A DNA stretch of 45,362 nucleotides from Hyphochytrium catenoides (taxonomy: Eukaryota > Protista > Hyphochytriomycota): contig FLMG01001637.1 in the NCBI GenBank assembly GCA_900088475.1, positions 1 to 45,362 of the forward strand, in the 5' to 3' direction. A program made the translations under genes and the position numbers. Of the stretch, positions 20,612-31,336 are shown piece after piece. Position 1 is the first letter of the stretch, and each line of letters begins with the position of its first letter. The notes below the pieces were generated by a model. That model had not been told where the DNA came from. It was given only the letters and a program-made list of their open reading frames with translations, and searched no databases.

Positions 20612-23600
20612 TCAAGGCTTGCCCTGGAGCTGAGCAAGTAGGCGTGGGTTTTTAGAAGCGAGTTTGCGAAGGGCCTCCTTCCTCTTTTCTTCCAACATGG
20701 CACGCTTTGCTTCCTCGTCTTGAGTTGATGACGAGCAATGGTTGAAAGGAGTAAAGGACTGAAGATAAATGTACGGACAGTTGTGGCGGCAACAAATGAT
20801 GTGATGAGGAATTTGTCAGGTGGCTTTTCCCACATAAGCCAATGGTCAATACTACTACCCACCGAACTATTGCTGGGTAACTCCTTCTTGTTGTTCTGCT
20901 GCGTCGGACACGAACTTGGCGCCTGTACGTACATCGTTAAGGGGATTGAAATAATGAAAGGAACAGCTATTTTACCTTGAGAATTGTTCTGCTGCGCTCG
21001 ACATAACCGTCGTGCTGGTAAGTAAGGCACCGTACGCAGCGCGGGAGAGTAGCAAGTCGCAAAACGAGGAGGGTAAGTATCGGTCGCATTTGAGTTGTCT
21101 CTGAGACGCCCATACCGCTTGGAAGCTCCTAGGAGGAATATCCTGCCCTTTGGCAGCCTTATGTAAGTTGCCGGCTGTGGGCTTTGGCGTAAAGCACTTG
21201 CTAAGCCTGGTGGGGGCGATCTCCTCATTTGGCCCTTCAATTCTTGATTTATTAACTCTAAGGGGGATGGGACCGTATGAGACACATGATGGTTATCGGG
21301 GACAACAAAGACAGTGCTTTCAGAATGGCGACAATTCAGCAGAGGCATTGAGCTAAAGCAAAGCTGGAAATGGAACGTAGGTAAATCTACGAAGAGAGGG
21401 GCACACTAAGCTCGAAGTGAGTCTAGGATCGACACTTAAAGAGAACCACTGCCGCAAAGGCGGCGCGAACCTTACCTTGGAGTGAAGGGTGACAGTAGCT
21501 GGAAAGTATGTTTCTTGCTATGAAGCCTGTGCCTGTCTTGGTAGCAGCTCTGGCACATGAGGAAGGCCACACATTGTTGGCACTGGTAATAAGATAGAGT
21601 CGATCTCGAGTAAGCTGACGATGCAACGTGGCACCGGCTACACTTCAGATCATAATAAGCCGATGGCGAGTGAGTTGGACCTTGAAAGAGACGTCAGACA
21701 AGTCTTGAAATGGAGAACTTCATATCAGAGGAAGAATCAGTAGCAAATGATGAGAGGACCAGACAATGACAAAGACTATATTATCCAATAGCAGGAGAGT
21801 CGTTTTAGAAAATCGTACTAATAGAACAACTTCATATCAGACATTTGGCCGGAGTCCCTGCCAACTCACCATTGCCAGCTCCAGTAGATTCGTCAACGTC
21901 AATGTCTGGAGTGACTACCTCATCTCCCTCCACTACGTCGGCGCCACCTTCTAAAAGAGAGCGAACGATAGGCATTTGATCCATATTTAGTCGCCGCTCA
22001 GCTCCTCTTCGAACCCCAACAACAGGCGGAGAGGATATCAATGACTCTACATATACAGCCTAGGACATGCGCAGCGGTAAGTTTGGAGCGATATTTGATA
22101 AGACCTCCGAAAAGGAGGTTCATGAGGCCCGGAGCTGGATAAGATGGGCATAATGGAGAAACCAATCAACAGGTAACCGGGCTCAAAGACCATCGTAGTT
22201 TGTTTTAGAGCAAGACGCCTCAAGATCAGTAATAAACTTCATAGCATTTTTGCCTCAATCAACTGAGGGAACAAGCAGTTCTGACGGATTTCCAGCATAG
22301 GCCGCCGATAAGCAATCGAAAATGTTGCGCAACCTGGCACTCACTTGCATTGCTCTAAAATCGGGAGTTTCTTGATCCTCGGTCCCGTGATCAATGAAGC
22401 TGCCATCAATGCTATTGTTGTCATCGTCTTCTTCGTCATCGCCAGACTGAAGTAAGAGTGTACAAGTAGAGGCCGTGGATATTATCACCGAGGAGAAGGG
22501 TTTTGCGCATTGTTGGAGGATGAAACGATAACAGAGTATAAAGCCAATAACACATAGAGAAGAGGTGCAGCAGAATAGTTGTGTCTAAGCAATTGAATCA
22601 CTTGTTGGAAACAGCCATCCGCGAGGGTTGAGAAGGTAGATATACAGAGTGACCGTACATCAGAGCCGGAAACCTCAGCCTCCTCGTCGCCGTAAGTCTC
22701 GCCGATGACAGCTTTTCTCTTTTTCCAATCAACGTGGTCCGGCTTGCGTTTCCGTTTTTTACTTTCCCTTCGTTCCCCAACTTGTAGGGGCCTGTGATCT
22801 GAAATGTCCCTTCCTGATTCATCCTTCGCCTTCGCTTCTCCGGTTTTCTGCAACCTCTTCAACCTTTGTGGCCGGTCCACTAGCTGGTCAGCCTACGAAG
22901 CTAATACTTAGAACCGATTTAAAACACTGCAAGCTTCGAAAACGTTTTAAGGCCCAGATGGCAACCGAAGAAAACATCAGGAACTCAAATCTTGCGAGGG
23001 GAGGGAATACTGAAGTACCTTCTTTAGGCGCAAACCCTGTTTCTTGGTCGCCGGAGGCACCGCCCGAGCCCCTTGGGGTTCTGTGAGAACATTCGCGCAC
23101 AGCCATTAAGTAGCAGCCTCAAGCGACCACGTGGCTTTAGGATTCAGATACCTGGAGAGCCATCGTCGATCACTTGCCGCCTTTTCACTCCTCTAATAAC
23201 CTTGATAGGTGTGAAGTCTGGGCTATCTTCATTGTCTGAGATCCCGCCTTCATTGCCTCTTTTGTCGCCCATCTCTTGTGGGGCGGTTCTGATGCACTGC
23301 CACTCTCGGTTACCGTGATCTGAGCAACTTCGATCTTCGCACCGCACCATTTCATGAAACTTTCCCCCAGAATGATGTGGACAGTAGGCCTCGTAGAACA
23401 CTTCCCTTCTCGCAAGATCCTCTCTCTGCAGATCATGCGACAAGCAATGAATTCAAAAAAAAGGGCAACTCACTATTGCTAAATGTGTCCCGGGCATCAG
23501 ACGAGAGGTAAGCACGGAGGTAACCACTCTATCTCAGCCGCAAGAAAGGTACAGAGTATACCTCAACAAATTTCTGTCCATTGTCTAAACCACAGAGTGG

Positions 23601-26600
23601 ATGGAAGCAGTTGTCACAATCCTGCACTGCACAGTCAATGACGCAGCCGCGTTCGGTACGACAGACCGTGCACAGTGAGAGATGGGAACATTCTGGCTGT
23701 GGGAGAAATGTTGAACACTGTAAGCCCAGAAAGTTGACGCATAAATCCAAAGGCGTGGAATGGTCCTACCAGCTCTCTGACAGACAGAGGTCTAAGCTTT
23801 TCATCGAACTTTATGGCGGGCACCCACAGGGCACATACAACATGCACCCAATCTCCATCTGAAAAGACAAAGGAGTGTTATCAGTTAGAATATCGTGTGG
23901 AACTTGTAAGAGCCTCAAGCACCGCAATGCTTGTGATAGCGTACCTGCTGTAGCCTTAAGAGCTCCCCCAGGTCGTGGGCAAACTCGACACCGGGGAACA
24001 GGTGACAGTGGAGACTCATCCCGCTGGATACAAGCCTGGGATAGATTGAGAGCGAATTAGCAAATTGATAAAACTCATTTGAAAGCCGTGAAAGAGAAGA
24101 AGCATTGACTGTTAGCCACATTAGCGAAAAGTTCCACGTCGTGCTACCAGTCACATTCGCGAAGGGTTCGCACGTCGTACTAGAACCAGAAGAGACTCGT
24201 ACTGAGAGCCCTGCGAAAGAGGAAAGTGTGAAAGGATGGTACCTCGCAGAACCATGCGCCCTGTGGGACTGCATCAATACCTACATTGAGATAGCATGTT
24301 AGTTGCTATATATGTCTTGAAGCGCGGACTGGTAGCCCTTTACTTAACATATCGACCCTCTCACCCAGAGACAACCCCGGCCTCCCAACCCCTTACTCCC
24401 TTTCTGTCTAGCACGTTACCGTAGCAGTTTTGGTGCACTCCAATGTCGCAACGATCACAAAAAACGATCTCGTCATTCTCATAAGCTTCTCGGCCTCTAC
24501 AGACAGAGCAAAATTCGCTATCCAGATCGTCTACGGGCTTCACAGGATTGCCATTCATTGAGCGAGCGTTCTGGTCACACTCTATGGGCCATGGCGCAGG
24601 CTCTGCTACTGTAACGGCAAGAGAACTACTGGATGGACCCACAGGTTTCTCTGCGTTGAAGGAACGCTCACCTGGAAGAGCAAAAGAGTGAACAGGAGAA
24701 AGCTGGAGCTTATCCGATGCAAGGGATAGTCTGGGGCACTGTTCAGCTGTTGCCTGCCTTGAAAGCCCTATCAGGACTGCAGTCTCGACGTTAAGACGAG
24801 AAATTGACTCTACAGGCTTGACCGCAACTGACTCTACAGCCTTAGCCAAGATTGGAGAAGCTTGTCCCATTCCTTCAATCTGCTCTCCTGTGGAAGCTTG
24901 GGAAGCGGTCCAGGTCTTCTTTGCTTTCTGCTGCTGAATCTGGCAACTCTCAAATTCTGGAGCTATAACGCTAGCTGTGGTGTCGTGTGTAGCTTTCGGC
25001 GAGCTTGAATCCTTGGCATTCACTTGGCTAGTTCCTCTCTGCATAGCTGGCCAATTTTCCTTTTCATTGATTTCGGGAGGTCTTTCCACAGACCTTGGCT
25101 CATTTCGTGACGGGAGGGGCTCAGCCGAAAAGAAAGGGTTAGGAGGTGGTGGCCTCAAAAGGGCTGCACATCTGCGAGCTGGCTGGCAAGGAGTATTGCC
25201 TCCAGTCAGGAAGGGAGACAAAAAGGTGTCAAAAGGAAGAAAGGTGGTGTCTTCGCTGGACTTCCACTTCTTCGTAGCCTTGTTTGGGCTCTTCCGTGTA
25301 GCACGATGTTCTAGTCCTGCCAATGGTGTTGTTTCATTGCCCAACCCCCGTCGATCTTCCTCCATTTGGTGATCTGGCAATATTTTGGCATTTGACCTTG
25401 TCCACCTCTCAGCAGCTCGGACGAGGGGAGGATCCACAGATTCTACTGTGCTCTCAATCCCCCGACCACGCATCCCTACCACTGAGTCGGAGACAGGGGA
25501 TCCCAGCTGGTGAACTGTTGGAAGCTGAGGTTCATGACTCTTTGCGCTCAGTGCCGGGTGCTTCCCCCTATCTCCTGCTTTATCTTCGACAAACGTATCC
25601 CCGTCATTGTCCGTTCTGTCCTCATCAGAATCTGAATCTAGGGTGACGGGAGCTAGGCAACGCTGGCGAGAAGGTGCGTTTTCCTCTCTCTTCTTTGTCA
25701 GCGTTTGCATGCAAGCCTCCATCTCTTTCTCTTCGTACATCACTAACCATTCTTCATCCCGAATGAACTGGACGAGGTGTCGCAGGGCAGACGCGCTAAA
25801 AGATTAAGAGTACGTGAATGACATGAAGGGGCGCAGGATAGAACGAAACAAAGGAGGAGGAGACTCACGAGAGTGTGACTGGCGCGACTGCTTACTAAGA
25901 AAACAGAACATCAAAAGGGCAATTCTGCCGATCTCAGGAGAGAGTAAGAGCACAGTGCCCATGAGATGATTAGACAAAATCAGACGTAAAGTCAACGCAT
26001 AGACGTCAGAGAAATGAGCGTTCTCCACGCTTCTCACAGACCTTGCAGAATGCCCGACTCTGCACGTAGGAGCATCGTTAAGGACATTTCCCAAATAAGC
26101 TGTTACGCTGAGTGGAGGTGGCCGGGGGTCCGCTTTCAGCATCTGCAAAGCCCGCTCTTCTTCAACTGCATCCAAGCCCCAGTCCTGCAGGCGATTGCTC
26201 CTTTTACCTCCAAGGCTGACGTTAGGTCCCTGTTTGCTACTGCTCCGTTTCTTCCCTCTACCACCCACCTAAGAATTAGGCGTTAGATCCAAAACAAGGA
26301 AAGTTTAAGTTTGCTGCCGAGCTGCTGCTGCCGCTTACTTGTGAAAGATGCCACTCTGATATTTCAATCCGCTGCTCCACCAACTCTGGCTGAATATGGT
26401 CTGGGATCATCCTTGGCGAATGAGCATAGAGATTAAACTGTCCCAGAATATCAGTTAAGTATGAGTATCAAAGGCCGCACGCATAGAAGTCAGATTCTTT
26501 GTGCAATATATGAGCCTTGATGTGTGCTGGATAGGAATCAAAGAAGAAACACCGCTTTCCACACGAAGAGACAGATGGTATCGTAATAACAAAAATTGAT

Positions 26601-29600
26601 AGGGTCAACATTTGTGGCCTTGTAACAGCTCCAAGTACCTTCGAGCACCGTAGGGCGCCTGAAATGCTCTTGGCAGAGCTTGCACTCGCTTTCAACTTTT
26701 TCTCTTCTGCACCCTCTGTAACCAGGATCATTACCTGTGGTCCACAGTATAGGGTACTCTCTTAGAAGAGAAACAATGGGTCCATTTTGGGAAAAGAGAA
26801 CACTGAGTAGCTCGACAACGCGTAAACTTGAGTACAATAGAGGAAAGAAAAGGCGCCCGAAGGGGGAGGAAAGGAGTGAGGAAGGAAGGAGGAAAAAGAA
26901 GGGAAAGTCTACCTTGCCATGCCTCTTCCTTCCTGTTCTGCCCATTCTTTGTATCATTCGGGTGGCAGAGGTAAGTGCGTCAAAGGATATGATCAGATCC
27001 ACTTCGCCAATATCCAGCCCCTCTTCTGCAATGCAGGTCGCAACCAGCACATTGTACTCTCCCTTCTTAAAGGATTCAATGATCTGCTGTTGCTCTTTCT
27101 GCGTTTGCCCCTTAACTGTTGCCTTCTTTTGCTGCTCTTCGTAGAATTCATTGTCATCAAATGTCCCTCCGTGGCCCGCCTTTGGTTTCTTTAGACGAGT
27201 ACCCTGTCCTACGAACTCCTTGGGCTTGATGAGTGGATGGGGTGACTTATTCAACGTATCGATGATCTCCTGCACGCTGTCTCGGAACTGACTGAACACT
27301 ATCACTTTCGTGTCCGACGAAGTTGAGCTCTGCTACCAGCAACCGCGGACTTTGTAAGCATACAATAGAAGGAACGGAAAGCTAGATAGTTAAGAGCCGA
27401 TAGTTAATCGTAAACGAGTGGTCATTGGACATAATGGGCCTCGTGACCATTACACCAGAAAGTTATGGCCACTCAGCTCTCCCAGCCTTGCAGTAGAGTA
27501 GGACACGCTCACCGTATGCCCGCTTTCCATGTCGTCCCGATTCCTTGCTTTTCTGACAAAGTGCTCGACCAGGATCTCCCTGAGTTTGAACAGTTTCGGA
27601 TGTGCAGAACGCCCACTCCCAAAACTCTTAACCTAGGAGGGATTGCAATGGAAGCATGTTAGACGAGGGAGATAGTACAGAATCCGTCAGCCATCGCCCA
27701 GGAGGCAAAGATAGGAATACAGCTTAGGGGTGCTCAACCTCCTCCATTAGCATCTTGAATTGTTCAGTCTGTGTCAGTTGTAGCTTTCCCCTGGAACCTT
27801 GGCCTCTACGAGTCTGCTCCATCATATTTTCTAAATATTGGCGTAAACTTCCAACTCCATGGCTCAAGAGGAGCTTTCGGCCATGCACAAGCGAGGTCAA
27901 CAACCCCAGGTCGGCCTCTATAGCTCCAATGCTGAAATTGTAACATGTAAAGAGAGCCAAGAAGAGTCAAAGAGGCGAGTCAGAATGGAAGGTCCAAGTC
28001 TTGACAGGTGAACAAGGGATTCAGAGGGCTGACAAAAAAGATACAAATAAACTTCAAAGCTAATCAGGGTCAGCAGGCGACTAACTCTAGGCCTGGCAAG
28101 TGGTGAAAGAAAGGGGGCCCTACTTTGCATTGTTGACACAGTTCGGCGGGTTCGTCCTTAGCCTCTCTTTTAGGAAAAGAAGCTGCTGGGTATTGATTGC
28201 GGATGGCTCTTTAGTGAAAAGGACGCCAAAGGCAGAGAGGCGAGAGATAGCCGGTCTCATAATCTCAGCATAAAGATTGCTCACTCGCTGGATCTCAGGG
28301 GTCAGGGTGCACCTAATCACAATCTCCTGTGTGTGAGCGAAGCAGTGGCGAGTGAGTTTGGCTAGTGAGCATCAAGAAAAAGGAGCTATACTCTGGTCAA
28401 GCAACTGTGCTACACTTGCTAAAACCCAGTATCCCATATTGTGAATTGAGCATTAAGTCGGTGTGACTCAATGGGTGTCCTAACGGCACCTGTCTTTGCT
28501 TCATATGCTGCCGGACATCAGGATCGTTGGCATCCTTGCATTCTATGTGAGATATCAGAAGGTTGTTCAGGACATTCTGTACCACCTCCGCCTTGGACCC
28601 AGGCGTAGCACTCAAGGCTAGAACTCTAAAAAATCTATGTCGCGCGAGAATGAGCCGGATGACGGCGCAGTATGCGTAGTTGCCCGTGGCTCTGTGGGCC
28701 TCGTCAATTACGAGGCACACGAATTGCTTGGGGTCACAGATTCCCTTTTCTAGGTCGTTCTGCAGACTTTGAGGAGTGCAATAGAATACCCGCCTGCTTT
28801 TCCAGAGTCGAGCTCTTTCTGTTGGATGTACTGAACCCTACGTAAGGAGCAATAATATCAAGAAGAGTCACCACCAAGTGCCAACGACACTCTTCAGTCC
28901 CGGGTTAGGTTGAGAGAAGAGGACGTAAAACTGGGGGACATTTAGGGATAATAGAATTCGATGAGACGATGAGGGATGAAAAGAGCCAGTACTCGCGGTC
29001 AGAGTAAGAACTTCGTTTGGACCAAACCTGCAGTTCAGCAGTGTCTTCTTGTGGGATGGCGGTAATGTTATGACAGGCTTCGATTTGTTGGGACACCAGC
29101 GGCTTCGTTGGCGCCATAAAGCAGACCTTCCCTCTGGGAAACCAGCGATAATAGTTGAACATGACCACCGCCGCAATCAACGTTTTACCAAGCCCCGTAG
29201 GGAGGGAAACGAGAGTGTTTCTGAAAAGGGCCTAAGAGACAAAATGAGCCCGGCACATACTGTTCACCACGCTTTGCTTCTCTCAAAGACCTTCCTTGCT
29301 ACCTACGGTCTTTCTGGTACCATTTGCTGGCACCTGGTGCGACGCATCGTCATACCATATCTCAGGTTCGTATCATGAGTACCGCCTACAACCTCTTAGA
29401 CCGTTCCTTACCCTATGATGTCCGGGCTACTTCTTCGCACGTACTAAAACAGAGAGTGCCTTACCTTCTCAACTATTTGCTGCTGATAAGCCCGGACTGG
29501 GTAGTTTGTGGGATAGATCCAGTACTCCGCTGCTTCCTCGTCACAGATGGAGAATTCATTTGGCGACATTGGATGTTCATCATCAGCACTCTCTTGCCGT

Positions 29601-30285
29601 TGCGCTTTGCGAGGAACACTTGAAAGCGTGTTCTCTTGTATGCGTTGAGCTACATTCTCCTTGCCTTCTCTCTGTCGCTGGAGTTCGTCTGCCCTTGTGG
29701 GTCTCCCAACATGATGCCGTGGGACGTTAAGAGCTCGGTCCTCTAAAGGAGCGAAGGGCCTCTCCGCCCTTTGAGGCCTTGAGCGGCCATCCAACATTTC
29801 TTCAGGAGCTATCCTGTTATCTCTTCGTCCTACATCTGCACCACCAGGTGCTGCTTGTGCCTTATCTAATGTGTTAGGCTTCTTTACCCTCCCCACGCCG
29901 AACATATTGGTCTCCTTAACAACGAAGGTGCCGTTTTCTTTTGACTGAGGTTTGTAGCCAATCGACCAACCAGCTCCACCATCGTTAGGGTTGACAGCCC
30001 TGATTTTCCCGCACATAAGACAGGAGGGGTTGCCGACAGGATTGTGATAGGTACACGTAGGACAGCTCCAGATGGAGCTGTTGCAGACTCCATGTTGGAC
30101 TGGTGTTCCGCGCACACTCTCTGGTCTGGAGCTGCGGGGTTCTTGATGCTTCGATATGAAGGATTGCTCAATGGCGTCAACTGTCGTGAGATCGATCACA
30201 CTCCAATCCACCTGTACAGCTTGTCAGTTAGTATAGATTATGATGATCCTGCCAGATTCCATACCTCATCCGGAAAGTCTGCCAT
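20612..30285 (-). CDS. FANCM: FANCM/Mph1-family DEAH helicase/translocase with extra NZF, PZP and ZZ zinc fingers and a C-terminal RPA-binding-like helix; more than 20 exons
   Basis: Motifs [92 protein letters not shown] and [20 protein letters not shown] motif and an acidic MM3-like motif ([10 protein letters not shown]...GSFID...DFRAMQ|AVYVESL) follow. Exon phases join continuously to TGA at 20612-20614. The 3' exons are less certain than the helicase exons. Confidence 0.88.
21508..21642 (-). other. ZZ-type zinc finger in a FANCM 3' exon (absent from the ORF track)
   Basis: Exon 21680-21476 translates to [52 protein letters not shown], i.e. CxxC..CxxC..CxxC..HxxxH. Confidence 0.8.
23372..24510 (-). 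other. PHD finger-Zn knuckle-PHD (PZP/ePHD) module in FANCM
   Basis: [31 protein letters not shown]|[12 protein letters not shown]|[60 protein letters not shown]. This matches the AF10/JADE/BRPF-type pattern. Confidence 0.92.
30008..30070 (-). other. RanBP2/NZF-type zinc finger near the FANCM N-terminus
   Basis: [21 protein letters not shown] fits W-x-C-x2-C-x3-N-x6-C-x2-C exactly. Confidence 0.9.
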
Positions 30286-31336
30286 GACTCGTAGAAAACC
30301 CTAGAAAAAATCAATGGTACTTCCCAAACCTCGGCTCATGAGTAGGGTCCAACATAAACCTTAGCGCGGCATCATCTCCCCTCGAGGCATCCGCCCCAAG
30401 CGAGCTTGACTCAGCAATGCTGCTGACCTTCAGCCCGCCGAGGATTTCGTCTGCTCATGCATTGCGCTATCGACCGGCCATGTTTCGAGTCATTTTACCT
30501 CTACATCTTCTTAGCTATCCTCTACAGTGTCCGATGGTGTCTTAACCTCCACCATCTCATTGCCTCATTGCCTCTCATTGCCTCCCCAGTGGTACGTTGA
30601 GCACTGGCTTTATGGCTGTTTCCTCCTTCTCCTTCTCCTCTCGGTCCTCTTCGCCTACAGAAAGGTGCAAAAAAAAAACGCTGATGAGAGCTTCATTGAG
30701 CTCAAAGAATGCGAAAAGCTCGGAAAGATTTGTAATTTGTCTGTTGGCGCCATTTTAAGGGTGTTGCATCTAGAATCTGGACTTTTTCGATCCGGAATGA
30801 ATCTGCTAACGGCTTTGTATATGATACTCGACTTGCCAGAACTGCACAACAGCAGAGAGAAAGGGCACCCTCGCATTGCTTTGTCGGATGCCGAGCAATG
30901 ATGGTAGAGAGATGATAGATATGTAGAAGGCTGCTGTCCTGTGAGACCGCCGGAGGTCTGTCAAACAAACTACGAAGGTAACGGTGAAGACAGGAGACAA
31001 GCTCCACATGGGTAGCGAAAGAAACTTCAAGAGAAGGCAATCATAGACACCCTACAAAGAAGAGCTGGAGAGGACAGAAGCCACTGGCACGGGTGGGATT
31101 GGGTTAGAAACATCGGTGGGCTTTGGCAAAGGCTGTACGCCTCTAAGAAGACGTGAAGGAGTCTCCTACCTTCAAGGGTGCCAGGGACCCTCATGTCAGC
31201 TTCACATCCTTCGCCATGCCTCCGCATTTGCCCACTGCACCCAAGAAAGGGACTTTAAGATATTCGGCAACTGGGCCTGTCTTCTCAAGTGACTTATGAC
31301 TCTTAGTTCTCTATGATCGTGTCTTCTTTGGGAGGG

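Noticed and set aside
20560-21348. 262-aa minus-strand ORF as a separate orphan gene
   Set aside because: It overlaps four short FANCM 3' exons and their introns, which splice in consistent phase, mostly in other frames. It has no recognisable domain.
30590-30680. Apparent transmembrane helix FLLLLLLSVLFAY in ORF 30527..30901
   Set aside because: It is the translation of a CT-rich tract ending in CTACAG, more likely an intron polypyrimidine tract. It was not called as a CDS.
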